From a virus (lineage: Duplodnaviria; Caudoviricetes): 33,091 bases of DNA. Shown here one piece after another: positions 17,785 through 27,379 of this stretch (position 1 is the first letter of the stretch; each line of letters starts with the position of its first letter). Made by a program: the position numbers and the translations under genes. Location of the stretch: the IMG/VR virus record IMGVR_UViG_3300010052_000179, positions 1 through 33,091 of that record; one strand, written 5' to 3'. The notes beneath the pieces were generated by a model. It worked only from the letters and a program-made list of their open reading frames with translations, searched no databases and was not told the origin of the DNA.

Positions 17785-20399
17785 AGGGACGTTTGCGACT
17801 TTTCGCGGCCGCGCTTTTGACGTCGACCATGATGTGGCCGGCGCAGGCGCACGCGCTGCCTGTGCTTGGTTTCCTCGGTGGTCTGCTTTCGTCGTTCGGC
17901 CTCGTTACGCCCCTGATAGGCTTGGGCGCAATCGGTGCTGTCAACGCTGGTTTCGCGCTTGGCACATTCTTGTCATCCGGCCTTGGATCACTGCTCCTCT
18001 CGGTTGGCATTAGCGCACTTCAGTACCTAAACCGCCCGCGAGCGCCCAGCGTCGAGTCTGCCCGTGTCAATGTTCGTGTGCCCGAACCGGAGCGCTGGAT
18101 TATCGGAGGGAGGGTCCGGTCTGGTGGCGCTGCGCTGTTTGGCGAGTACGATGAGGATGGCAACTTTTGGTATCTCGTCGTCCATGGTGACAGCGAACTG
18201 GTAGGCGCGCCGATCGCCACGATCCTTGACGAGATCACGGTCGCATTCGATGCAAACAACCGGGTGACTACAGGCGAGTTTACCGAAAATCAGAAGGATA
18301 ATGGGCCGCCGGTCTTCACCGTTTGGACAGTGACGTACACACCGAGCAATCCGGTTCCGCCACCGCTCGCAGATTTCAAGGCTGCTTTCCCCGCATGGAC
18401 CGACGACCACAAGCTGGCGGGCACCACGTATTCGGTCATTCGCTGCAAATCCTTGAAAGCCGAAGACCGCTACAAGGTGATGACGTGGCGAGGCCCGATC
18501 GGAATCGGAGAGCCCTCCATTTCGATCGTTGGGGATTGGTCGCGGATGTACGATCCACGTGACCCGACGCAGGACATCAACGATCGCTCGACGTGGAAAG
18601 CGAGCAACAACGCCGAACTGGTGTGGGCTTGGTATCGAACGCATCCCTATGGCCGCAATAAGCCAATGTCGTCGATCAACTGGGGAAAGGTCGCCGAGAA
18701 CGCCGATATCTGCGACCAGACTGTCATCGATAAGAATGGAAATCCGCACGCTCGATACCAATGCGGAATCGCCGTTCCTGACAGTAAGGAACGATCGGCG
18801 GGCGAGGCGGAAATCCAGTTGTCCTGTGACGGTGTGATTGTCCACGACAGCGAAGGCAAGGCATACCTGAAGGTCGGCCATTGGGAAGAACCATCCCTCT
18901 CGCTTTCGCGCCGCCGTGACATCCTTGCTATGGCGAGCCGGGAAGCGCAGGACGGCGAAACCGAGACTGACGGTGTGATCGTCCGGTACATGGAGCCGGA
19001 ATTCAATTGGATCGCTCAACCGTCCGCGGCGTGGAAGAACCCCCGCTTTTATCAAGACGGCCGGACACCACGGTATATGACGGTCGATATCCTCGCCTGT
19101 CATGATCACAACCAGGCAATGCGACTTGCGAAGGCGATCGGGGAAACCAGCCAGGCACCTTACCGGCTACTTCCAACGGTGCTTCTGAGAGGTCTACGGG
19201 CACGACGAGAGCGAATTGTCGAACTCAGCTACGACGACACTTGGGATGGCCCCCACAAGATTGCGACCACAGTCGAGCTTGATGACATCGGCGCAACGTC
19301 CAGTTTTGGGCTTGTGCCGATAACCCCCGACCATTGGACGCTGCTTCCGGGCGAGGAAGGTGACAAGCCGGCACCGGTCGTCTCGATCGAATACGATAAG
19401 AACCTCCCGCTGGCGACGAATGTTGTCGTCACAGCTGCCCCCGTTCCTGGGTCCGGGGGTAATTCGGTTCGACTTGAGGCCACGTTCGATGCGTCGCCTC
19501 GGGTCGATCGCCGGTACGAGTTCGAATACCGCAAAGCCGGGACGCTGACATGGAAACCCATGGTCGTCCTCATGGATGATCTCGTTGCCTATTCCGACAC
19601 TGTGGATGATGGAACGGAATACGAAGTCCAATGGCGAACCGTTACGCTGAGTGGTCGCGCTTCGGACTGGAAAGATCCTCCCGCCACGGTTACCGCAGTT
19701 GCCGATACGGTGGCGCCTGTCGCTCTCTCATCGTTTGGCGTGACTGGCGGCCTGGGCAGCGCCAGCTTGTCATTCGTCACTGCTCCAGATGATCACCTGC
19801 GACGCATCGCGATCTATCGCGTTCCGCACGGCGGCGTGCTCGATCGCAACACCCATGAAGTGACGACGATCGGTGCGGTCGACGGGACAACGATGGGCTA
19901 CATCGACGGCGATGCGACGAGAACCAACCTCGCCACCAATCCGGGCTTCGACAGCGATACGGCCTGGACCAAGGATGCGGACTGGACGATCTCGGGCGGC
20001 GCGGCACACAAGGCGGCCGGCGGTGGCAATCGGCATCTCTACCAGTCCGTGTCGCCGCCTTCGATTTCGAGTGTCTATCGCTGGCAGGTGACGGTTTCCA
20101 GCTACTCGGCCGGCAGCTTCTTCTACCGGATATCGAACGGCACCACGTCGATCGCGCAGAGTTCCGCGATCGCCGCCAACGGTACCTATCGCGGTTCCCT
20201 GCAGAACGGCGGGGCGGGCGCCAACCGCCACGGCCCGCTTGGTGCATCGACCGCGGTTGGTGACGTCGACAACGTTACCTTCTTCCTCGAAACCGTCGCC
20301 TGCGCACCTCAAGGTGTGTGGGATTATTATGCCGAGCCGCAAAACGGATCGCGCAAACCGGGACCGCTCGCAGGTCCTGTAGCCGTCACAATTATCTGA
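17781..20399 (+). CDS. Central tail hub / host-specificity protein with FN3-like and C-terminal beta-sandwich domains
   Basis: GRVRSGG, WTDDHKLAG, YDPR, ADICDQ, HNQAMRLAK, YEVQWRTV..SGRASDW, NPGFDSDTAW. Confidence 0.85.
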   Translation: MKGRLRLFAAALLTSTMMWPAQAHALPVLGFLGGLLSSFGLVTPLIGLGAIGAVNAGFALGTFLSSGLGSLLLSVGISALQYLNRPRAPSVESARVNVRVPEPERWIIGGRVRSGGAALFGEYDEDGNFWYLVVHGDSELVGAPIATILDEITVAFDANNRVTTGEFTENQKDNGPPVFTVWTVTYTPSNPVPPPLADFKAAFPAWTDDHKLAGTTYSVIRCKSLKAEDRYKVMTWRGPIGIGEPSISIVGDWSRMYDPRDPTQDINDRSTWKASNNAELVWAWYRTHPYGRNKPMSSINWGKVAENADICDQTVIDKNGNPHARYQCGIAVPDSKERSAGEAEIQLSCDGVIVHDSEGKAYLKVGHWEEPSLSLSRRRDILAMASREAQDGETETDGVIVRYMEPEFNWIAQPSAAWKNPRFYQDGRTPRYMTVDILACHDHNQAMRLAKAIGETSQAPYRLLPTVLLRGLRARRERIVELSYDDTWDGPHKIATTVELDDIGATSSFGLVPITPDHWTLLPGEEGDKPAPVVSIEYDKNLPLATNVVVTAAPVPGSGGNSVRLEATFDASPRVDRRYEFEYRKAGTLTWKPMVVLMDDLVAYSDTVDDGTEYEVQWRTVTLSGRASDWKDPPATVTAVADTVAPVALSSFGVTGGLGSASLSFVTAPDDHLRRIAIYRVPHGGVLDRNTHEVTTIGAVDGTTMGYIDGDATRTNLATNPGFDSDTAWTKDADWTISGGAAHKAAGGGNRHLYQSVSPPSISSVYRWQVTVSSYSAGSFFYRISNGTTSIAQSSAIAANGTYRGSLQNGGAGANRHGPLGASTAVGDVDNVTFFLETVACAPQGVWDYYAEPQNGSRKPGPLAGPVAVTII

Positions 20400-20423
20400 C
20401 CCCAAACTCACAGCAGGTAAATC

Positions 20424-23400
20424 ATGGCAACTCCCTCGGAGCGCTTCCGCTCGGCTGTCGTTGGCACCCCGCCCAATCCTCTCAAAAACCCTGAAACGGT
20501 CGCAAGCGTCGAAGCGTTTGAGGCTCTGGAATCGGAAACGCGCGCATCGTTCACGGAAGTCGGTACAAAAATCGCACCGATCCCCGGCATGCAGAACTCG
20601 ATCACGCAGCTCCAGGCGGATGTCGATGCACTCGAGGCGATCGGCTCCACCGGCGTGAAGTGGAAGGATCCTGTCCGCACCGTCGCGCTGGTCAATACGA
20701 GCGTTTCGAGCGGGCTTGTGAATGGCGCGGTTGTCAACGGCGTCACGCTGGCAACCGGCGACCGCGTGTTGCTCGTTGCGCAATCAACCCCGGCAACGAA
20801 CGGTCCCTATATTGTCCCGGCAGCAGGCGCGGCCAGCCGTGCAACGGACGCGGATACAGGTGCCGAAATCCTGGCGGCAGGCTTCTTCGTCAAGGAGGGC
20901 GCGACCGACGCTGGATCCAGCTATGTCCTGACTACGCCGGGGCCGATCACGATCGGCACCACCGCGCTCGCCTTCACCAAGGTTGCCGGGCTCAACTACG
21001 GCATGGCGAGTAACCCGGTTGCCATCGCCGGCACGGCCATCGACCAGCTCATGAACCCGGCCAACACAAAGGCCGTTGTGGATGCGCGCCTTTCCGGCAA
21101 TGCGGCCACGATCATCAATGACGGTCTCGTCGTCGATTTCATGGGCGGCTTCGGTGCCAACAACAACAAGGCGACCAAGGCTGGCGATATCTCGTCATTG
21201 CCCGGCAGCGGCATGACGTTCTTCCGTGCCTCCACCAAACGTGTCACCGGGCCGGACGGGCTCCAGAAGAACTATGCCAACAATGAGATGGCCTATGTCT
21301 TCGACCAGCGGACGCGCAGCCCGCTCGGCGTCAGGCTCGAAGATGCGGTCACCAATCTTATTCTGAAAACACTGCTTGGCGGTACGGGTTGGTCGAGCGG
21401 TGGTGTAACGGCGACCATAAATGCAGCCGCAAATGCTGATGGCACCAACACAGCAACGCAGGTCGTGCTCACCGGGACGACGAACCACTACGCCCGCAAT
21501 CCTGATCTCCCTGTCGTTGACGGGTCCAAATACGTCTATGAAGCCTTGGTCAAACGGGTTTCGGGCACCGGTTCGATCTGGATCATCAACACGGTCGGCG
21601 CCTCGGAAGGCGTCCGCTTCTTCTGGCAGAGCGATGGTACCCTGAATGCCGTCGTTTCGCACGGCACGCCGCACACCTATGGGTGGGAATATGCCGGCAA
21701 CGGCTTCTATCGCCTGTGGGTCGGCTGGACAGCGACAGGTGGCGGCGGCCTTGTCACCGCCAATACCTATTTCGCCGATGCGACGGGTAACAACAACCAT
21801 CCTGACGCCGGCACCTGGCATCACGGCGGTGCATGGTTCTATGAAGGGACCGGACTTCGCAACGCTCCGGATACCACAGGCACTTCGGCGTCGAGCATTC
21901 GCGATGTATTCCAACTCAATCCTGCCGTTTCGATGCCACGTCTCGGAACTTCGGGGACGATCGAGGTCGAGGTCGGCCCATGGGTGGAACGTGCCCAGCA
22001 GAACGCGACCTTCTTCCAACTCCACAATTCGGGTGGCAGCGAGCGCATTCTGGTTCGCAACGGCCCGGTCGGCAGCTATCAGGTCATCGTGCAGGTCACC
22101 AATGCGGCCGGGACGTCCGTCAATCTCTCCTGTGGTCTGGGTAAGCAGGCTGGTTTCCGGGTCACCGTGACGTGGTCGCCGGACGGCGTGAAGGTCTATG
22201 ACAGCGGCATCGAGGCGGCTTCCAATGCCATCGTGCTCAACATGGCAGCGGCCGATACCTGCTTCATCGGCCCTACCGGTTCCGCCGCCACCACCAACGC
22301 GCTGTTTCGGAAAGTCAGTTATGCGCCTTACCGGAAATCGGCCGCCGAGATCGGCGGCGCTGCCGAAGGCGCCGGCTCCTTCAAGCTCGGCATCGTCGGT
22401 GGGCGCCAGGTTATTATCGACGGTCTCGGCAACCCGGTATCGCCGTCGAACAGCAACGTCTATTCCATGTTTGCGGAATCGGCGGCGCGGCTTGCCTATT
22501 CGTCCGACATGTATAACGGCAGCGTGCTTTCGTATCGGCAGGTCGTGCCAGGTTCAACTCCGGTGCTGCGGTCGCATCGCGAACGTCTGCTTGGGTACTG
22601 TGCGTCAGGACAGTCTCTCGGTGCGGCGTCGACCACCTATGATGGCGCGCTGATCCTGCCGACGCCGCTTCATCCCCCTGTTGTCCTGTGTTTCCCGGTT
22701 GGACCGAACGGGTTTAACGGTGCTGCCGCGAACACACTCGGTTCGCTGATCCCGGCTAAAAGCATCAAGATCGGCTCCGGAACGACGGTCGGTGACGGTC
22801 ACAACCTGTCATGGGCCTATGGTGTCGCCGAACGCACCCGCAACCTGCCGTACCAGTTCGAGCCGATCACGCTGATGAACTGGGCGGTCGGCGGCATGTC
22901 GGTGGCCGAACTGTCGAAGGGCGGTTCCTCGATCTCCTACAGCAATTTCCAGGCGATCATCGCGGCATTCGCGGCGCGTGCCGCCGATCTCGATATGGAC
23001 CCCGTCGTTCCATACATGTCGTGGAACCAGGGCGAAGCGAACACCAACACGGGACGCGCAACCTACAAGAGCGCTCTGACCGCGCTGTTCGACGATTACC
23101 AGGCCGATATCAAGCTTGCGACCGGGCAGGACGAGGATGTGAAATTCATCATCCAGCAGCTCGGGAGCCGGATCGCCTCGAGCCTGCCGTCCGGGATCTG
23201 CGAGGTGCCGTTGGCCCAGATGGAAATGGCGGAGCAGTATGCGGGTTGCTACCTGTTCCCGCTTTACTGGACCAGCCACAACTACGCCGTCGACCAGTCG
23301 CACACCAACTATGCCGGCTATTTGCTGATGGGCGAGCTTCAGGCCCGGGTGTCGAACTGGATCGATGAGTGGGCGAACCGCGACCGCATCGCGACCAGCC

Positions 23401-23810
23401 TTGAAGGCGACTGGATCGGCTGCAAGCTCCTGTCGGCGACCAGGACCGGAACGACCGTCAAGCTCAAGTTCAATGTGCCCCTGAAGCATCTCGGGCACAG
23501 CCTGGCGTTCGATGCGACACATATCCCGGCATTCCCGGACTACGGCATCCGGTTCCTCGACAACGGTGTCCCGATCGCGTTGACCGGTACGCCGACCATC
23601 ACGGCACCGGACGAGATCACCATCAACCTGTCGTCGGCGCCGACAGGAACCACGAAGGTCGATCTCGGCTACACCAACACGACGCCGGATAGCCTCGGCT
23701 TCATCCGGCCGGGCACAAACATCCGCACGACCTGGTCGAAACCGTCGCTGTTCATTCCCGGTGTGACGCTCTTTGATTGGGCGGCGATGGGCGAAAAGGC
23801 GGCGGCCTAA
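20424..23810 (+). CDS. Tail fibre/spike with C-terminal SGNH (SASA-like) O-acetylesterase domain
   Basis: N-terminal WKDPVR...GDRVLL..Q....NGPY fibre domain; central lectin-like beta region; SGNH blocks GQS, GG, WNQGEAN, DQSH. Confidence 0.8.
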   Translation: MATPSERFRSAVVGTPPNPLKNPETVASVEAFEALESETRASFTEVGTKIAPIPGMQNSITQLQADVDALEAIGSTGVKWKDPVRTVALVNTSVSSGLVNGAVVNGVTLATGDRVLLVAQSTPATNGPYIVPAAGAASRATDADTGAEILAAGFFVKEGATDAGSSYVLTTPGPITIGTTALAFTKVAGLNYGMASNPVAIAGTAIDQLMNPANTKAVVDARLSGNAATIINDGLVVDFMGGFGANNNKATKAGDISSLPGSGMTFFRASTKRVTGPDGLQKNYANNEMAYVFDQRTRSPLGVRLEDAVTNLILKTLLGGTGWSSGGVTATINAAANADGTNTATQVVLTGTTNHYARNPDLPVVDGSKYVYEALVKRVSGTGSIWIINTVGASEGVRFFWQSDGTLNAVVSHGTPHTYGWEYAGNGFYRLWVGWTATGGGGLVTANTYFADATGNNNHPDAGTWHHGGAWFYEGTGLRNAPDTTGTSASSIRDVFQLNPAVSMPRLGTSGTIEVEVGPWVERAQQNATFFQLHNSGGSERILVRNGPVGSYQVIVQVTNAAGTSVNLSCGLGKQAGFRVTVTWSPDGVKVYDSGIEAASNAIVLNMAAADTCFIGPTGSAATTNALFRKVSYAPYRKSAAEIGGAAEGAGSFKLGIVGGRQVIIDGLGNPVSPSNSNVYSMFAESAARLAYSSDMYNGSVLSYRQVVPGSTPVLRSHRERLLGYCASGQSLGAASTTYDGALILPTPLHPPVVLCFPVGPNGFNGAAANTLGSLIPAKSIKIGSGTTVGDGHNLSWAYGVAERTRNLPYQFEPITLMNWAVGGMSVAELSKGGSSISYSNFQAIIAAFAARAADLDMDPVVPYMSWNQGEANTNTGRATYKSALTALFDDYQADIKLATGQDEDVKFIIQQLGSRIASSLPSGICEVPLAQMEMAEQYAGCYLFPLYWTSHNYAVDQSHTNYAGYLLMGELQARVSNWIDEWANRDRIATSLEGDWIGCKLLSATRTGTTVKLKFNVPLKHLGHSLAFDATHIPAFPDYGIRFLDNGVPIALTGTPTITAPDEITINLSSAPTGTTKVDLGYTNTTPDSLGFIRPGTNIRTTWSKPSLFIPGVTLFDWAAMGEKAAA

Positions 23811-23814
23811 AGCA

Positions 23815-24021
23815 ATGGAGAAAGATGTACGACTTTACGGTACCATGTTGATGGGCGCTTCGCTGGGATGTTCCACTCTTCCCGAGACAATGGAATTTTC
23901 CTTGTCGCGGGTTCCAAGAAAGCCAGCCGATGCGATTCCGGCGGCGGGGCCTGAAGGGCGGTATCGACTGGTCGAACCCATAGACACTAAACCCCTGATC
24001 TTCACCTGCCCCCAAGATTAG
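23815..24021 (+). CDS. Hypothetical protein (68 aa)
   Basis: ATG 5 nt after the fibre stop with AAAGGCGG upstream; fills the gap; no motif recognised. Confidence 0.35.
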   Translation: MEKDVRLYGTMLMGASLGCSTLPETMEFSLSRVPRKPADAIPAAGPEGRYRLVEPIDTKPLIFTCPQD

Positions 24022-24063
24022 CGGCTTCCACCCAAGCCTGAACTCTCAATCAAAGGACACGTC

Positions 24064-24750
24064 ATGACAACCGTGCTGGACGTCCAGCGCGCTTTGCTCG
24101 CGCGCGGCTATAACCTCGGGAAGTCGGGGGCTGATGGTTTGCCAGGACCGGCAACCTATGGCGCGATGATGAAGGCGCTTGCTGCCGTTCCTGTTGCTGC
24201 GACATGGATGCCGGAACAGGAAACGAAATACCTCGCGGTTCCTGTCGACTGGATGCCATGGGCGCAGATGCAGCGCATTATCGTGCACTGGACGGCCGGC
24301 GCGAACACGGCAAGCGCGCTCGACCGCGAGCACTACCACATCCTCATTGAAGGCGGCGGCAAGGTCGTTCGCGGCAAGCCGTCGATCGATCTCAACCAGG
24401 CGCCGGTCAAGAAGGGCTATGCCGCTCACACCCTGAACTGCAACTCTGGCTCGATTGGCGTCTCGCTGTGCGGGATGGCCGGGGCTGTGGAAAGCCCGTT
24501 CAGCGCAGGCAGGAGCCCGATCACGCGTGAGCAATGGGAAATCCTGCCGAGCGTTCTTGCCGACCTCTGCCGGCGCTACTCCATCCCGGTGACGCCTTCG
24601 ACGGTGCTTTCCCATGCCGAGGTGCAGGGCACGCTTGGAATAGCGCAGCGCGGCAAATGGGACATCAGCCGCCTGCCGTTCGAGCCGTCCATCAAAGGCG
24701 CCAAGGCCGTCGGCGATCTGTTCCGCAACGCGACGAAGTTGCGGCTCTAG
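24064..24750 (+). CDS. Endolysin: peptidoglycan-binding domain + N-acetylmuramoyl-L-alanine amidase (Amidase_2)
   Basis: VQRALLARGY..GKSGADGLPGPAT; IIVHWTAG, YHILI, AHT...NSGSIGV, LSHAEV, GKWD. Confidence 0.9.
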   Translation: MTTVLDVQRALLARGYNLGKSGADGLPGPATYGAMMKALAAVPVAATWMPEQETKYLAVPVDWMPWAQMQRIIVHWTAGANTASALDREHYHILIEGGGKVVRGKPSIDLNQAPVKKGYAAHTLNCNSGSIGVSLCGMAGAVESPFSAGRSPITREQWEILPSVLADLCRRYSIPVTPSTVLSHAEVQGTLGIAQRGKWDISRLPFEPSIKGAKAVGDLFRNATKLRL

Positions 24751-24751
24751 A

Positions 24752-25027
24752 CTAGCTCTGGGAGCGCCGCCAGCCGGCGGAAATGGCTTCAGCTTCGGAG
24801 CAGAACCATCGCTCGCCCAACTCCGGCCGAACGACGGTTTCCGAATAATGTTTCTGACCCGGCACGTGATAGATGCGCTCGCCACCGCTAAGCGAGACAT
24901 TGCCTTTGATGTCGCAGGCACCCGTCGCGGCTTGAGGCTGCGGGAAACGAAGATCATCGGCGAAATAGCCGACACCGGCGGCTCCAGCGAGCAACATCAC
25001 GGCAGGAAGGGCCATCGGGCTTTTCAT
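24752..25027 (-). CDS. Membrane-anchored/secreted small protein resembling the ExoI / thermonuclease C-terminal domain
   Basis: Hydrophobic N-terminus; CDIKGNVS..GERIYHVPGQKHY...GERWFCSEAEAISAGWR. Confidence 0.8.
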   Translation of the reverse strand: MKSPMALPAVMLLAGAAGVGYFADDLRFPQPQAATGACDIKGNVSLSGGERIYHVPGQKHYSETVVRPELGERWFCSEAEAISAGWRRSQS

Positions 25028-25132
25028 GTCGCGACTGTATGGGAATCCGCCTCAACAGCCAGTTAGCGTGATCCCAACAATTTGAGCAATCCGCGCCCGG
25101 CGGCACCGGGCATTTCAGCAAGGAGAAGACCG

Positions 25133-25393
25133 ATGACGGTCCGAGCAAAACTGCAGGTTCTCGAAATCAAGCATCATCACGTCCACGCGCCCCGGAAAGA
25201 CCCAACGGTTCCGGAGAGCGTGCACGTCGAAATCCGCGCCGTTCCCGTGAACTCGGCGAGTGGCAAGGAGAACGAGAGCTGGTCGAAATGGACACCCAGC
25301 GGCGAGTTGAAGCTGACAATCACAAATCCGCCCGCTGCCGACTTCTTTGAGATCGGCCGGGAATACTACGTCGACTTCACGCCGGCGGAATGA
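25133..25393 (+). CDS. Conserved phage hypothetical protein
   Basis: AAGGAGA RBS; MTVRAK...ENESWSKWTPSGELKLTITNP.A..FEIGREYYVDFTPA. Confidence 0.8.
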   Translation: MTVRAKLQVLEIKHHHVHAPRKDPTVPESVHVEIRAVPVNSASGKENESWSKWTPSGELKLTITNPPAADFFEIGREYYVDFTPAE

Positions 25394-25451
25394 ACTGACC
25401 CGAGCCCGGCCGGGATAGCCGGGCACCTCTCACAACAAAGGAAACATCATC

Positions 25452-25676
25452 ATGCGCATGCTGCTTATCGCGGCAGCGTCGAGCCTTGCGCTCGGCGGCT
25501 GCACCACTGCTGACACCTGTGCGACGGTCGACGCCGCCCACGACGTATTCCTCGCCGAGGTCAAGGCCGATCCGGCCGCGTTCGATGAGAAGACGATCCG
25601 CAACGAGCGCATCGCATATGCGGCGGCAAAGATCGCCTGCACGTCGTTCGTCCGCGCCAATCCTGCAGCAAAATAA
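25452..25676 (+). CDS. Lipoprotein, candidate outer-membrane spanin component
   Basis: MRMLLIAAASSLALGG-C lipobox; two more Cys; lysis-region location. Confidence 0.7.
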   Translation: MRMLLIAAASSLALGGCTTADTCATVDAAHDVFLAEVKADPAAFDEKTIRNERIAYAAAKIACTSFVRANPAAK

Positions 25677-25690
25677 GGGAGATCAATCCC

Positions 25691-26257
25691 ATGTCAGCTT
25701 CAATACTCTTGAAACTCTGGGTGGCTGCGGTTTTTGTCCTCGTCGCCATTGTTGTTGCGCCTGCCTTCGCACAGACCGCGGACTCGGTCGTCGCTCCGAA
25801 CTCGGTCTGGTACGAGGTCTGGACCGTTGTGCAGCCGATTGTCACTCTGCTCGTGGCTACGGTTGGGCCACTGCTCGTGACCTGGATCAGCGTCACGCTG
25901 GCGTCTCTTCTCAAGGTCTCCAACGAGAAGCAGCAAAAAGAACTCGAACAACAGATCAGCAACGCACTGCACCAATCGGCGCTTAATGCCCTGAAGTTTG
26001 CACTTGCAAAGCTGGGCGTCGCGTTGCCGGCAAGCCTCGATGTCAGGTCACCGCTCATGATCGAAGCGATCGAGTATGTCCGCAGCAAAAACCCTGATGC
26101 GGTCGACGCCTTCAGTCTTGATGATGACCAGCTCGCCGACATCATCCTGTCCAAGGTGCCGGACGTGAACGCAATTTTGGCTGCGGGCAAAGTCGAACCG
26201 GTGAAGGTCGAGGTAAAGCCGCAGGTTGTCGCCCCGGCAAGCACTCGTAGATCCTGA
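25691..26257 (+). CDS. Membrane protein, candidate holin (LL-H-like pattern)
   Basis: Signal-like N-terminus (AFA-Q), TM segment, then ALHQSALNA...AIEYV...PDAVDAF. Confidence 0.55.
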   Translation: MSASILLKLWVAAVFVLVAIVVAPAFAQTADSVVAPNSVWYEVWTVVQPIVTLLVATVGPLLVTWISVTLASLLKVSNEKQQKELEQQISNALHQSALNALKFALAKLGVALPASLDVRSPLMIEAIEYVRSKNPDAVDAFSLDDDQLADIILSKVPDVNAILAAGKVEPVKVEVKPQVVAPASTRRS

Positions 26258-26287
26258 GCCAGGCGCGACGTTGGGGATAAGGGCGAA

Positions 26288-26608
26288 ATGGAAAACGAAG
26301 AACTGCCGCGCCGGCTGCGCGATCTCGAATTGCGAACCATCGAATGGCTGGCCCGGCTCAATGAGCAGGAGCGGCAGAACCTCGTCTTCATCGGCGACCT
26401 GTCCGAAAAGGAGCGTAAGCGGCTGGAGCGCTTTCTCGGCCTGCCTGACGACGAGTTTCAGGCAGGCTTTCAGGTCGTTTCAACCGTCACCCGTCTTCGC
26501 TGGGTCGGCGTCAAGGGCTTCTGGCTGATGTCGACGGTTGCCGCGGTGCTCCTGCTCTACAGCCAGATTTCCGGCTTCGTGTCGAAATACACAGGAGGCT
26601 CCCCATGA
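26288..26608 (+). CDS. Membrane protein with C-terminal TM (holin/antiholin candidate)
   Basis: Charged helical N-terminus, hydrophobic FWLMSTVAAVLLLY; coupled to the next gene. Confidence 0.65.
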   Translation: MENEELPRRLRDLELRTIEWLARLNEQERQNLVFIGDLSEKERKRLERFLGLPDDEFQAGFQVVSTVTRLRWVGVKGFWLMSTVAAVLLLYSQISGFVSKYTGGSP

Positions 26609-27051
26609 TCGCCCGTGGCATTTTCTACTGTGCCTGTGCTCTTGCCGGTTGGTGGATATCGGTCGTCGTCGGCGCCCTGATCGATCGGACACCGCCGATC
26701 TCTTATACCTATGGCCGCGCCATGTCGGCGACGGCTGAGCAGGGCGGGCAGATCGATGTACAATTCACTGTCGATCGGAAACGCATCTGTCGGGCGGAGG
26801 TCAGCCGTGCCATCACAGATGACACCGGCACCTCATATCGGGTTTCAGAATATGCCTATGCTGCCACGACACGGCCGGGATCTGAGACCTATGACCGGAC
26901 GATAACAGTCCCGACTGCCGTTCCGCCGGGCCGGGTCTATTACCAGATCAAAGTCGCCTACTTCTGCAATTGGGTGCACAATCTTGGCTATCCGATCACG
27001 GTTTTCTCGCCGCGCGTATATTTCACAGTGACGGAGAAGAAACCGCCATAA
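26605..27051 (+). CDS. N-terminally anchored beta-rich periplasmic protein
   Basis: GGAGG RBS; TM then DRTPP...RKRIC...VPPG..YY....YFCN. Confidence 0.7.
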   Translation: MIARGIFYCACALAGWWISVVVGALIDRTPPISYTYGRAMSATAEQGGQIDVQFTVDRKRICRAEVSRAITDDTGTSYRVSEYAYAATTRPGSETYDRTITVPTAVPPGRVYYQIKVAYFCNWVHNLGYPITVFSPRVYFTVTEKKPP

Positions 27052-27075
27052 CCAGCCAATTCCCTTGCCCATGAT

Positions 27076-27117
27076 AGCCCGCCGCTCCGGAAGGGGTGGC
27101 GGGCTTTCGTTTGTTTT
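27076..27117 (+). terminator. Rho-independent terminator ending the late operon
   Basis: AGCCCGCCGCTCC-GGAA-GGGGTGGCGGGCT followed by TTCGTTTGTTTT. Confidence 0.85.
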
Positions 27118-27320
27118 CAGGCGCCCCTCCTGCGGGCTTCAAATTGCGCGTCAGCCTCCGCCTCAGTTCGCGCAGTAATGATTGACAGGCAGCGCTCAAC
27201 GATAATCTCCTTGCCGCAACTGACACAGTTGCCGCTTTCACGTTCACGGTTTAACGGACCGTATTTCGAAAACACCAGTCGGATATGGGTCGTCGTGCCA
27301 CATTCACATTCAACTTGCAT
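27117..27320 (-). CDS. Small Cys-rich (zinc-ribbon-like) protein
   Basis: CECG...CVSCG. Confidence 0.55.
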   Translation of the reverse strand: MQVECECGTTTHIRLVFSKYGPLNRERESGNCVSCGKEIIVERCLSIITARTEAEADAQFEARRRGA

Positions 27321-27379
27321 TGCATCACCATATTTATCGATCTAACTGCCCTTGATCTAAAGCTTGCGAAGGCAAGGCG

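Noticed and set aside
3638-23522. Many long alternative-frame and antisense ORFs over structural genes (e.g. 5386-6324, 18027-19109, 19770-20783)
   Set aside because: Shadow ORFs expected in GC-rich coding DNA; no motifs and complete overlap with well-supported genes.
20424-24063. Possible diversity-generating retroelement or invertible tail-fibre cassette
   Set aside because: No reverse transcriptase, invertase or duplicated fibre C-terminus seen in the window.
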